A stretch of 64,000 bases of DNA from the IMG/VR virus record IMGVR_UViG_3300008219_000006; one strand, given 5' to 3'. Origin of the DNA: an uncultured virus (IMG/VR IMGVR_UViG_3300008219_000006) (lineage: Duplodnaviria; Heunggongvirae; Uroviricota; Caudoviricetes). A program made the position numbers and the translations under genes. Positions 27,114-36,735 of this stretch are shown here, in pieces. Numbering within the stretch: position 1 is the first letter of the stretch; the number at the start of each line of letters is the position of its first letter. The notes beneath the pieces were generated by a model that saw only the letters and a program-made list of their open reading frames with translations, was not told where the DNA came from and ran no database searches.

Positions 27114-30100
27114 AAGAAGTAGTAAAGTTGTAATACCTATTAACTCTCTTAGTGGTGGAGTTGGGAGAACTCCTCCAAGCAAACGGCAACTAAACGAGGC
27201 ACAAGAACTAGATAACTGTATTGTTACTATAGAAAAATCTTTAGAGAAAAGAAATGGATTCAAGTTTATTGATGGTACTGTTGATGAGGATAGTGATAGA
27301 GACGGAGCTTTGAACATTCCTTTGCTTAGTGCAAACGATGACGTACACTTTGATTGGCTGGATTTAGATGGTTCCAATAGGTTTCTTATTGCTATTAACT
27401 CTTCTTCTACTAGTTTTGAAAATCTTATTTCTGTATTTAAAATAGATGATAATGGTATTGTTACAGAAGAAACTGTAGATACTACTGTTGAAAATGCTTC
27501 AGATTTTTATGACTATGTTACCTATGCCAAAGAAGCTTTCTCTACAAGTGAAAGATTAAAGACAATTCCCTTTGGTTCTTCTTTGTTTATTCTCAATAAT
27601 CAGGTAGAAGCAGGATATGAACAAGGATTTCCGGGAGAAGATATTACCTACCTAACCTCCAGATATGCTGAGGGTGGGGAGATTGCTGAGTTTAAGACAA
27701 CTATTAATGTAGGAACTATCGGTAATATTAATAACTTTAGATCTTTAATTGTTACTTGGGATTGGGTAAACGAGACTCTTTCAGATATTGAATCAACTCC
27801 AGACGAACTAAAGACAGGTAGTTTTAGTGCGTCTCTTGAAGCTATAACTTTTACAGATACAGCCGCAGATCCAGATGTTATCAGTGTTAACTATCCTCGA
27901 ACAACCAATGATATTGTTCGTTCTTTGCTTAAAGATCTTTTGTTAAATCCACCCGGAGGTAATAATTTTCCGTTTGAGCCTGTGTCTATTGAGATAGAAG
28001 GAACAACTGCCGAAGCGAAGATAGTTTTTAAGTCTACTACAGAATATAAATACTCTATGGTCGTTACTGCTGTAGAAGGTGTTGAGGATTCAACAACTGG
28101 ACCCGGTTTTACTGCTGCATTAGATGTTAGTGAATCAGGTTCTGCTCATACTTCTCAGATTAATGTTGATAAAGACATCAGAACTGATGATGTTCTGGGT
28201 CAATCAGTTCAAAACTTTTCTAAAATTCCTTTGCCGCCAGCAAGCGATGATAATGTAAATCTTAATGGTGCAGAAACAGTCTTAGCTGAGATTGCAGGAG
28301 AGACAGGAAGTACTGCGGGGTATGGTAAGGTTTTCTTTACAAGAGAATCCTTTGGTACTACTCCTTCTGCATACTATAGAACTATTAGTACCGATAAACA
28401 ACCTTTCTTTGAGAGAATTAGATCTCAAGATGGAAATTGTTTATTCGATAAAAAGAAAATGCCTATTATTCTTGACTATGTTACTGCTGAGAACAAGTGG
28501 GTTGTTAAATATCCTACTTGGAAAACAAGAACAAGCGGAAATAAAATAAGTAATAAAGGACCATTGGTATTTGAGGATGGTGCTAAAGCTAAGATTACGG
28601 ATATGTGTATATGGAGGAACAGACTTTGGTTTGCTTCTGATGATACTGTATTTTCGTCTGCAAGTAATGACTACTTTAATCTTTGGCTTGATGACCCTGA
28701 TAATATAGTTGATACCGATCCTATTGATATACGAGCTGGTGCAGAGAAGTCGAGTACTATAGCTAGTATGGTTCCATTTAAAGATTATATTTTTGTTAAT
28801 ACTCTAGGAGATACACAATACGAAGTGGTGGGCTCTGAGAATCAAATCAGTCCCTTTACTGCAAAGCTTGCTCCCTCTTCTTTTTATTCTACTGAACCTT
28901 TGATTGATCCTGTTCCTATGGGATCTCAGATATATTTCTTTTCTCCTTATAAGTTATTCCTATATTTTTCTAGCTCATCTGCTACAGTTAATCAGGCTAT
29001 TGAAGTAAGCAAACATGCTGAAGGTTATCTACCAAAAGAAATATCTTTAATGGAAGCTTTACCTAATAAAGATATGATTATTATGGTTGATAAAGTATTC
29101 TATAATACAATGTATGTATATATAAATAGATGGGAGGGAGATAGAGTAGCTCAGAATGCTTTCTTTAAATGGACTCTTCCCTCTAATTCTAAGGTTCTCA
29201 GTGTAAGAGAATTTGATAATGAAATATTTATTACGGTAGCACGTACTTGGTATACGGCTTTTGGTACAAATCCACGAACAAGTATATTTCTACAACGAAT
29301 GAACATGAATACAGATCCAGAAACAGTACCAAGAATGGATCGAAGATCTGTTAGTAGCGATTATCTATTTAGTCCTGAGGGTAACATTGCTATTATTCCT
29401 GAGTTATACGTTACCTATGCTACTATTACTGAACTTGGAGAGATCTATACTGGACAGGCTGACTTCTTTGAGTGGGAAGTGGTAAACGAAGGAGCTATAT
29501 CCAGAAGATTTAATGCGTCTATATCTTCTTATAATTCTGATGATAATTTTATAGAATGGGAAGGTGGAGAAGCACAAGAATATCTTTACAATCCAGAAGG
29601 TACTGGATATGAATTACTAAACTCAGGTAGCTTGGCTCCAGATGGAACTCTTTTAGATAGAACAACTGTATTTCATAAGATTAATGAAGAAAAATTAAAA
29701 GCTAGATATAATGAGTTATGTAATTCCTGTGATGAAACGATTATGTTTGAGAATGAGATTGTTTTTGAGGATATTACAGATCCTGATAATATAATTGAAT
29801 ATAGAAGGAAGCATAGGTTCTTTGTAAACCAGCTTACACCACTTGATACATGTCCATATGGCAATACTCCGGGATCGGCTTGTTGTCCTGAAGGAACGTA
29901 TCTTGCTGGCTTTGAGTGTACAACTTGTGACAGTAGTGAATGCGATCCTTATGGTGTATGTGAGGATGGTCCTTCTGGTCCTGAGGGATGTTGTGATGAT
30001 GGCTTATCTGGTCCCTGTTGTTGTGGAGGTAGTGAAGTACAGTGTCCAAACGGAGATTGTAGTCTTTGTGATTGCCCAGAACCATGTAATTGTACTGGTC

Positions 30101-33100
30101 AATGCGGTTGTGAATGCGATCCTGATACGGTTGAATGTTGTCCTAATGGTGGTGGAGAACCCCCTTGTTGTCCTAATGGTTCGGCAGCACAAGGAGAATC
30201 TTGTGCAAAGTTTAACGGATGTGATAATTGTCCATGTGCTGATGGTTCTTTGCCTCTAGAAACAGGAGTTCCTTGTTGTGTAGGAAAGAATGGAGACATT
30301 CTTGGTCCTTCACCTTGTTGTCTGAATCCTAGCGATACATATTATTTAGAATCTTGTGCTAGTCTTGGTTGTCCTGATGATTGTTGTTGTTGTGATTCTG
30401 TAGATGATTGCTATGAGTGTGACAATCAACAAGATCCTTGTTCAGGTGGGGATCAACAGGGTAAGTGTCCCGATCCAAAGTGTGGGTGTGAGGGTGTTTG
30501 TCCTGATGGAACTTGTATGCAAGATGGTGATTGTTCTTGTCCTAGTAATTGTGGCTGTGACTACGGCCCTTGTAATCCTTGTAACTGTGATTTAGGATGT
30601 CTTGACCATAATGGACATTGTATAGGTGGTGTTCAATGTGGAGATAATGAAGATTGTCCTGAAGGTTTTTATTGTTGTTTCAATAGCTATTGCTGGCCTG
30701 ATGGTCGAGCTTGTCTTCCTTGGACACTACAAGGAGGACCCCACTTAGAATGTTCTACTGCATCGGATTTCTTTGACTATGATAGTGGACCCCATTTTGC
30801 TGTTTTAGATGTGTATTCTATGCTGGTTGGTGGAACATCTTCAGTTGCGTGTAGTCAAACTATTGCAGGAGTTCCTACTTGTCATACTGATGATTGTATA
30901 TCAGACTCAGGAGAAGATCTTCCTCAAGGTGGTATTTGTCATACTAATTATTTAGGAGGATTATTCTGTAATGACGATTGTTCTCCTTATTCTTTAACAG
31001 GAGACGATTCATCTGAATATTATCGAAAGGTTTCTCATTGGTTAGATGACGATAATACTAGCCTATCAATGACTTGTAGTGGTTTAAGAGTAGGAAGCAT
31101 AGGTTCTCTAGCAAGCGGTTCTTGTTGGGTAGATGTTCATATACCGTCTGGATTTGGTCCTCCATTTGTTAGTTATCCAAACGATGATTGTTTTACTAAT
31201 TATATAGATTTTCCTTATGAAATACCAGCAAGCAATCGTAAGATTGTTCTTAATGCTTTCCCCGGTACTGATACAGATTCGGCAAACAAGGTAATTATAG
31301 ATTGGAAAGATCCTGCGTTTGAGAATTTTTGTGAAGATGCGGCTAGCCAAGGAGAGGGTTTGTTGGCTTGTGGAGCAACTTTGTCAGTTTGTGGTACTAC
31401 GCTTTCTAATAGAAATAAAGGTCCTTCTCAGGTTTTTGCTGGTCCTATTAAACTACTTAGGTTTGCCAATGGATCTTGTCAAGTTACCATTCCCTCAACT
31501 GGTGAACCGTATTTGGTAGATACTACTGGTGATGGTGAAGGTGATACACCAATGTATTATTCTATGATTAAGTTTCTAGGAGTTAGTTATCATCACATGG
31601 TTGCTAAGAATATTAGACCTTGTGTAGAAATATGTGCTTTGGCTGGTTGTATTAATACTGCTCCCTGTAATAGTATTTCTGCCTGTTGTACCGAGGATCC
31701 TCCTTCTAATAATGAAATTTCATTTGATCCAAGTGATTGTGAGTGTGGGAAGGCAGATTCTGCTGACGCAAATCCTGCTGCGAGTGTATACAATCCTTTG
31801 TTTGATATGGTTAGTTCTTTGTATGGTCAATCAGACTCTAGTAAGGGAAGAAAATCAAAGACTATAGATGATTTACATAACAAGTATAGAATATCTCATG
31901 ATAGAAAGACTGAACAAAATACAAGAGCACCTTTGTCTCCCGGTTCTTCTTATCAAACCGTTCAATCACAGACTACTTATACAGAGAATGTGATCCTTGG
32001 AGAAATTCCTTCAACTAAGGATACTTTCTTAAGAGCTGTTTTAGAAGATTCAATGAAAGATAGAAACGGTCCCTTTAAATCGTTTGGTGCTGCTAATTAT
32101 CTAGGTAGATTGTATTCTGGTCCTCAGTTGTTTGCGAATTCTGTGAGACATAAAAGGTCTGGAAACGATAAGAACGTAGCATGGAGAGATTCTTTGAATA
32201 TTCCTCCCGAAGTAGAAAAAATGAGGGGTATGACTATTGGTAAATACCCAGATGGAACAGTAAAGGGATCAAACTTCGTTGGATACTCTTTTACTATTCA
32301 GTATTCTAGTATTTATATGGGATCAGGTAGTGGGTCTACTCCAGTACCGAGCTTTCCCGGTCCTATAGATAACAACTCAAATTATGATACTCTATCTTCA
32401 GCCGATGGTCGTAGCTTTATACAACTTCCCTATCACAATCCCAATATTTTTGAGGTTGTGTTAGGAAATGAATGGGAAGGTGTTGGTGACTATCGACCGG
32501 GACAGGTTTTTAAATGTTATAACTATAGTTATGGTGCTGGATATGCTAGATATGAAATTGATGAGTCTACTATGGGTGTTAAAGTTGTTGGAACTGTTGG
32601 TGATATCGAAGGAGATGGTTCTCCTAAGCGTACTGTACTAGAATTAATTGGTATCAATGATTTCCTACTACCTCCTTATGCCAAGGAGTTTATTGATTAT
32701 GGTTCTATTACAGATAGTAGTACAGATACAAACACTTCATTACTTCCTAGTGATCTGGCATATGATAGTAATTATGTAGCTGATATTGTACAATACAACC
32801 AATTAGATTGTGGTACACTTGAAGAATCTCTTGATAATATTGGAGAGAATCTTTACTTTGTCTATGATTTTGGGATTATTACTAATAATGCTACTTTCTT
32901 GAAACAAGATTTTATTATTGGAGAAAACTTTAGGATGAGAGCAATGCTATCGCCTCCAACTTATAGAGATCAGAATAACAATACTATTGAAGGTGTCTTT
33001 AAAGTTTTGACAATGAATACAAGGCACTTTAATACTGGAAAATATAGGCTTAATGTATATAAAGACAATGCTATAGTATCTTCAGTATTAAATAGTCCAC

Positions 33101-33309
33101 CAAAAAGATCAAAGATTTTTGGAATAGATCCTTTTTATGAAGCGTCTATTGCTACAGAATATCAAGGTGAGTTTACTCAGAAGGTATTTTTAAATGCCAA
33201 CGATTGTTTTATTACTATTACTAGTAATACTCCCGATCCAGTAAACATTACTAATATTGAATTGAATGGTACTTTTGTACCTAGAAAAAGATCTAGTGCA
33301 GAATCATAG
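27106..33309 (+). CDS. Tail tubular protein B / nozzle (gp12-like) with large, partly Cys-rich insertion
   Basis: INSLSGGVGRTPPSKR...LEKRNG, WRNRLWFASDDTV.SS..DYFNLW...DTDPIDI, QNAFFKW, C-terminal SNTPDPVNITNIELNG. Confidence 0.85.
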   Translation: MAKRSSKVVIPINSLSGGVGRTPPSKRQLNEAQELDNCIVTIEKSLEKRNGFKFIDGTVDEDSDRDGALNIPLLSANDDVHFDWLDLDGSNRFLIAINSSSTSFENLISVFKIDDNGIVTEETVDTTVENASDFYDYVTYAKEAFSTSERLKTIPFGSSLFILNNQVEAGYEQGFPGEDITYLTSRYAEGGEIAEFKTTINVGTIGNINNFRSLIVTWDWVNETLSDIESTPDELKTGSFSASLEAITFTDTAADPDVISVNYPRTTNDIVRSLLKDLLLNPPGGNNFPFEPVSIEIEGTTAEAKIVFKSTTEYKYSMVVTAVEGVEDSTTGPGFTAALDVSESGSAHTSQINVDKDIRTDDVLGQSVQNFSKIPLPPASDDNVNLNGAETVLAEIAGETGSTAGYGKVFFTRESFGTTPSAYYRTISTDKQPFFERIRSQDGNCLFDKKKMPIILDYVTAENKWVVKYPTWKTRTSGNKISNKGPLVFEDGAKAKITDMCIWRNRLWFASDDTVFSSASNDYFNLWLDDPDNIVDTDPIDIRAGAEKSSTIASMVPFKDYIFVNTLGDTQYEVVGSENQISPFTAKLAPSSFYSTEPLIDPVPMGSQIYFFSPYKLFLYFSSSSATVNQAIEVSKHAEGYLPKEISLMEALPNKDMIIMVDKVFYNTMYVYINRWEGDRVAQNAFFKWTLPSNSKVLSVREFDNEIFITVARTWYTAFGTNPRTSIFLQRMNMNTDPETVPRMDRRSVSSDYLFSPEGNIAIIPELYVTYATITELGEIYTGQADFFEWEVVNEGAISRRFNASISSYNSDDNFIEWEGGEAQEYLYNPEGTGYELLNSGSLAPDGTLLDRTTVFHKINEEKLKARYNELCNSCDETIMFENEIVFEDITDPDNIIEYRRKHRFFVNQLTPLDTCPYGNTPGSACCPEGTYLAGFECTTCDSSECDPYGVCEDGPSGPEGCCDDGLSGPCCCGGSEVQCPNGDCSLCDCPEPCNCTGQCGCECDPDTVECCPNGGGEPPCCPNGSAAQGESCAKFNGCDNCPCADGSLPLETGVPCCVGKNGDILGPSPCCLNPSDTYYLESCASLGCPDDCCCCDSVDDCYECDNQQDPCSGGDQQGKCPDPKCGCEGVCPDGTCMQDGDCSCPSNCGCDYGPCNPCNCDLGCLDHNGHCIGGVQCGDNEDCPEGFYCCFNSYCWPDGRACLPWTLQGGPHLECSTASDFFDYDSGPHFAVLDVYSMLVGGTSSVACSQTIAGVPTCHTDDCISDSGEDLPQGGICHTNYLGGLFCNDDCSPYSLTGDDSSEYYRKVSHWLDDDNTSLSMTCSGLRVGSIGSLASGSCWVDVHIPSGFGPPFVSYPNDDCFTNYIDFPYEIPASNRKIVLNAFPGTDTDSANKVIIDWKDPAFENFCEDAASQGEGLLACGATLSVCGTTLSNRNKGPSQVFAGPIKLLRFANGSCQVTIPSTGEPYLVDTTGDGEGDTPMYYSMIKFLGVSYHHMVAKNIRPCVEICALAGCINTAPCNSISACCTEDPPSNNEISFDPSDCECGKADSADANPAASVYNPLFDMVSSLYGQSDSSKGRKSKTIDDLHNKYRISHDRKTEQNTRAPLSPGSSYQTVQSQTTYTENVILGEIPSTKDTFLRAVLEDSMKDRNGPFKSFGAANYLGRLYSGPQLFANSVRHKRSGNDKNVAWRDSLNIPPEVEKMRGMTIGKYPDGTVKGSNFVGYSFTIQYSSIYMGSGSGSTPVPSFPGPIDNNSNYDTLSSADGRSFIQLPYHNPNIFEVVLGNEWEGVGDYRPGQVFKCYNYSYGAGYARYEIDESTMGVKVVGTVGDIEGDGSPKRTVLELIGINDFLLPPYAKEFIDYGSITDSSTDTNTSLLPSDLAYDSNYVADIVQYNQLDCGTLEESLDNIGENLYFVYDFGIITNNATFLKQDFIIGENFRMRAMLSPPTYRDQNNNTIEGVFKVLTMNTRHFNTGKYRLNVYKDNAIVSSVLNSPPKRSKIFGIDPFYEASIATEYQGEFTQKVFLNANDCFITITSNTPDPVNITNIELNGTFVPRKRSSAES

Positions 33310-33318
33310 GAGATAAAA

Positions 33319-33519
33319 ATGGGTTTAGGAGATATTGTATCTTGGTTAATTAGGGTTGTTACCTTTGGATTTATCAAGGAATGTGATGACTGTCGTAAGA
33401 AAAAGGAATGGTTAAACAAAATTCGACTATGGAAGAAGTGTGACTGTGAAAAGAAACGTCCTTGTGATTGTGAAAAGAAAAAGGAAGACTGTGATTGTGA
33501 GAAAGCGAGTCAGGTATGA
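33319..33519 (+). CDS. Small Cys-rich protein (GLGD...CxxC..K..LN; three CDCEK units)
   Basis: AGGAG RBS; repeated CDCEK. Confidence 0.65.
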   Translation: MGLGDIVSWLIRVVTFGFIKECDDCRKKKEWLNKIRLWKKCDCEKKRPCDCEKKKEDCDCEKASQV

Positions 33520-33728
33520 CTACTAAAGTAGAAGCATTACAAGAATCATTGTTTAATCGTTTAATTGAGGATCTTGATGATCCTATTAAGTGTACACCCG
33601 GACTATATCAGGTAGTTCGGGGTGTTATTAATGACAACAAGAGAGATTTAGATAGTCTTCCAAGTAATATAATGGAAGAACTTCAAGAGAAGCTGTCTGA
33701 ATCTGTCCCATTCAAGTTTGGAGGATAA
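33516..33728 (+). CDS. Terminase small subunit (T7 gp18-like)
   Basis: RLIEDLDDPIKCTPGLYQVV resembles T7 gp18 RMLADLSDDERRSPQLYNAI. Confidence 0.65.
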   Translation: MTTKVEALQESLFNRLIEDLDDPIKCTPGLYQVVRGVINDNKRDLDSLPSNIMEELQEKLSESVPFKFGG

Positions 33729-33730
33729 TA

Positions 33731-34393
33731 ATGGGAGCTAAACAAGTACAGTTTAGGAGAGGAAGTACTGAACAGCATGATGGAACCGATGGTACTTCTG
33801 GTTTTGCGGGAGCAGCGGGTGAAATTACGGTTGATACAGGATCTGATACTGATTCAACCTATACTGCAAGAGTACATGATGGTACAACAACTGGTGGATA
33901 TAAGCTTGCTAAACAATCTACTGTAGATGCTTTGAATGATCTTGATTCTACCGATGGAACTGCTGTAAGATCTGATTCAGATAATACAAATATAAATGGT
34001 GGGATTAGATATACAAATTCTTCTTCTGAATGGAAATATAATACTGTTAAAGAAGCTATTACTGCTGAAGGATCGGGCAGCGGTTTTTTTCAAGTTTTGT
34101 TTAATGCATACGGTACGGGTACGTTTGATACACCTTTAAATACTATTGTTGCTGTTGGAACTGAGACTAGTCCTACGTCTGGTAAAATCCAGACCAATGG
34201 TAGTACTACTATTGACATAAGTGGTGGTGGAACTAGCGAAACATGGCAAGTGTTAGCTGCTAAAACTACTGATGGAAACCATATCGAATTACATGGTACT
34301 CCAACAATTAAGTATGATGAGTTATCATCCACAAATACTACTATTACACACGGTTTAACTAACTGTGTCTGGATAGCGATAAGGACGGCATAG
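33731..34393 (+). CDS. Short fibre-like protein with Mtd-N-type N-terminal domain
   Basis: VQFRRGST...FAGAAGEITVDT...VHDGTTTGG..LA motif. Confidence 0.7.
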   Translation: MGAKQVQFRRGSTEQHDGTDGTSGFAGAAGEITVDTGSDTDSTYTARVHDGTTTGGYKLAKQSTVDALNDLDSTDGTAVRSDSDNTNINGGIRYTNSSSEWKYNTVKEAITAEGSGSGFFQVLFNAYGTGTFDTPLNTIVAVGTETSPTSGKIQTNGSTTIDISGGGTSETWQVLAAKTTDGNHIELHGTPTIKYDELSSTNTTITHGLTNCVWIAIRTA

Positions 34394-34394
34394 T

Positions 34395-34553
34395 ATGGAG
34401 ATACTACCAGAACTTATCGTAGGTTTGGGCATCATGGGAATGCTTTGGAAAATTCAAAGAGAGCTGGGACATATTACTACAGCTATTGATTCTATTAAGG
34501 AGATTGTTCACGATCATGAGGATCGAATAAGAGCTATAGAAAAAGACAATTAA
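34395..34553 (+). CDS. 52-aa membrane plus coiled-coil protein
   Basis: MEILPELIVGLGIMGMLW...HDHEDRIRAIE; below ORF-track cutoff. Confidence 0.6.
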   Translation: MEILPELIVGLGIMGMLWKIQRELGHITTAIDSIKEIVHDHEDRIRAIEKDN

Positions 34554-34566
34554 ATAAAGAGGAGAC

Positions 34567-35322
34567 TTGTTTATGTGGGCAAGAATATTATTAGCTATTG
34601 AGATCGCTTTTGCAACCTGTGTATATGGTTCTGTTAATGAAGAACTAAAGTGTCATGATTCATTTATTTATGTAGATACAAACAACATGGACGAGTTTAA
34701 CGACTGGCATTTTTGGGGGTATATAGATTATACTGTTCCCAAATATTTTAATAAGCTTTGTAAAGAAGCTAAAGAAAAAGAACTTGTTATTAGAATTATT
34801 ATAGATTCTCCCGGTGGAAGTGCTTTATCGGGCTACAAACTATGTAGAATAACTAAAGAATATAAGGCTGTTGCTGTTGCTGGTTCCTTTTTAGGAGCCC
34901 ATAGTGCTGCTGCTATATGGTGGGCAGGATCTTCTGAAAGAGAGTTTAAAGAAATGGGTTCTGAGGTTTCTTTTCATAGAACCTATATTCAAACAGGCGA
35001 TAATGAGTGGAGTTATAATCATCCACTAATATCTTTGTTTCATTTAAAAGAAGATAATATTATTACAGAAAATTTTAATGTTACCTTAGCAACTTTAATT
35101 AAAATGTATATGGATATAGGAATGGAACATGGACCAATTTCTGTTGTAGAGTTTAGATTAACAGGGGGTGGTGTCTTTATATCTTACTTTGATGGTAATG
35201 ATAGAAAGGTTTTAGTTCCCGCAAACCATAATTGTATGTCAAAGTGGCATCATTATATAGAAAAAGATTTAAGAATTAATAAACCTAATTCTCCTATCTT
35301 AATAAAGAAAGAGGTGAGATAG
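34567..35322 (+). CDS. ClpP/crotonase-fold serine peptidase-like protein with signal-peptide-like N-terminus
   Basis: IIIDSPGGS, AHSAAAIWWAG and VSFH motifs. Confidence 0.65.
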   Translation: MFMWARILLAIEIAFATCVYGSVNEELKCHDSFIYVDTNNMDEFNDWHFWGYIDYTVPKYFNKLCKEAKEKELVIRIIIDSPGGSALSGYKLCRITKEYKAVAVAGSFLGAHSAAAIWWAGSSEREFKEMGSEVSFHRTYIQTGDNEWSYNHPLISLFHLKEDNIITENFNVTLATLIKMYMDIGMEHGPISVVEFRLTGGGVFISYFDGNDRKVLVPANHNCMSKWHHYIEKDLRINKPNSPILIKKEVR

Positions 35323-35323
35323 A

Positions 35324-36145
35324 ATGGCTAAGAAGAGACGAGGAGCTAGAGCTAATAAAACAAGAAGAGCTAGAAAACCTGCGTTTAGTGCTACCGCTGG
35401 AGTACCTCAACAGAGGGGTAGCAATCCAGATTATCCTGAAGGTCCTTGGCCTTATGATCCTGTGCCTGATATTCTACCAATAAGACCTGAAAGAATGCCT
35501 CCGGGAACAGATCCAACAAATCCTATACCAAAACTTCCGGGAGGAGAACCTCCTATGTTTACGCCGGGAGGCCCACAACAGCCTTGGATAGATCCAGCTG
35601 TAAAACCCTTACCCTTTCGTCCTGTTCCTTTAGATCCTATTCGACCCGACAAAACAAATCCTTTTGATATTGGAACTCCTACTAATCCTAATTTTGAAGG
35701 CCCAAATATTCCACCTATGGTTACACCAACACAATTGGAAAAGATAAAGGCAAAGCACGCTAAGGAAGGACTTTACGATCTAGATCGGTACGGTCCTAAG
35801 CCCGGTTTTGGATCATTTGATTGGCTTCCCGGAAGTCCCCTACCGTGGCTTCCTCCTATCTTTAAGAAAAAATTCTGGAATCCCCCAGACTACCATCAAC
35901 CTACTTACCCAGATCTTCCAGATCCGACATACGGAGATCCTCCAATGATTCCTGAAGGACCTCCAACGCGCATTACTCCCGAAGAGCCTCCCTTCCCACC
36001 GTGGCGAAGTAGTAGTCCTTCGCTTCCTCCTTTTACTAGTAGTAGTCCTTCGCTTCCTCCTTTTACTAGTAGTAGTCCTTCGCTTCCTCCTTTTACTAAA
36101 CAAAAGATGACTCCAAATCCTTCGGGACTTACTAGAAGAAAGTAG
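35324..36145 (+). CDS. Proline-rich protein with basic N-terminus
   Basis: GAGGTG RBS; very high Pro content; contains a tandem repeat. Confidence 0.65.
   Translation: MAKKRRGARANKTRRARKPAFSATAGVPQQRGSNPDYPEGPWPYDPVPDILPIRPERMPPGTDPTNPIPKLPGGEPPMFTPGGPQQPWIDPAVKPLPFRPVPLDPIRPDKTNPFDIGTPTNPNFEGPNIPPMVTPTQLEKIKAKHAKEGLYDLDRYGPKPGFGSFDWLPGSPLPWLPPIFKKKFWNPPDYHQPTYPDLPDPTYGDPPMIPEGPPTRITPEEPPFPPWRSSSPSLPPFTSSSPSLPPFTSSSPSLPPFTKQKMTPNPSGLTRRK
36008..36097 (+). repeat. 3 x 30-bp perfect tandem repeat (SSSPSLPPFT)
   Basis: agtagtagtccttcgcttcctccttttact at 36008, 36038 and 36068. Confidence 0.95.
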
Positions 36146-36151
36146 GTATAA

Positions 36152-36328
36152 TTGGCAAAAAAATGGATTCAAAAAGCAATTAAACGTCCGGGTGCTTTAA
36201 CCAAGAAGGCTAAGGCTGCTGGCAAAACCGTTTCACAATTCTGTGTTAGTACAAAGGGTAAGAACACAGTAACAAAAAGACAATGTGCTTTAGCTAAAAC
36301 GCTAAAGGGATTAAAAAGGAGAACATGA
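36152..36328 (+). CDS. 58-aa basic protein (WIQKAIKRPGAL family)
   Basis: TTG start; MAKKWIQKAIKRPGAL...ALAKTLKGL; below ORF-track cutoff. Confidence 0.7.
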   Translation: MAKKWIQKAIKRPGALTKKAKAAGKTVSQFCVSTKGKNTVTKRQCALAKTLKGLKRRT

Positions 36329-36723
36329 CTATGGCAGTCGGAAAAGGAATTGGACCTTTGGGATCAGTGTATCATCCTGTAATGGAAGTGGTACAATTAT
36401 ATAAAGCAGCTTATTCAGGAACATCAGATGCCAATGGTGATGGTGTTGAAATTGATATTAAAAGATTTCGTACTGGATTATGCTGGGTAGATTTTGATGA
36501 AACTGCAACTAATGCAGATGAAGTTGCTATTAATATTCAAGGGGCATTAACAGATACAGCAGCAGAGTATGTAACTTTACATACTTTTGCAGCTACAACT
36601 GATGGTGGAGCTTTTCCAGCAGCAGCAGTTGTAACCTTGTTTCCTTTTATGCGAATACAAGTAGATAATACAGATGGATCAACCGTTGCCTCGATTACAG
36701 TAGATGTTCGTTTAGGTAATTAA
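36325..36723 (+). CDS. Putative small beta-sandwich virion protein
   Basis: AAGGAG RBS; Ala/Thr/Asp-rich composition. Confidence 0.6.
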   Translation: MTMAVGKGIGPLGSVYHPVMEVVQLYKAAYSGTSDANGDGVEIDIKRFRTGLCWVDFDETATNADEVAINIQGALTDTAAEYVTLHTFAATTDGGAFPAAAVVTLFPFMRIQVDNTDGSTVASITVDVRLGN

Positions 36724-36735
36724 AGGAGATCTAAT

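Noticed and set aside
27760..27775. Partial promoter-like gattgggtaa (also near 58047)
   Set aside because: Lacks the upstream AATA and downstream GGAG; explained by Asp-Trp-Val codons
23022..33309. Inteins or introns explaining the oversized tail genes
   Set aside because: No intein splice motifs or homing endonuclease signatures recognised; inserts look like structural domains
33731..34393. Mtd-like gene as part of a diversity-generating retroelement
   Set aside because: Only the N-terminal domain motif is present; no reverse transcriptase or template/variable repeat pair seen
36008..36097. 30-bp repeats as a mini CRISPR array
   Set aside because: Repeats are contiguous with no spacers and in frame within a CDS; no cas genes
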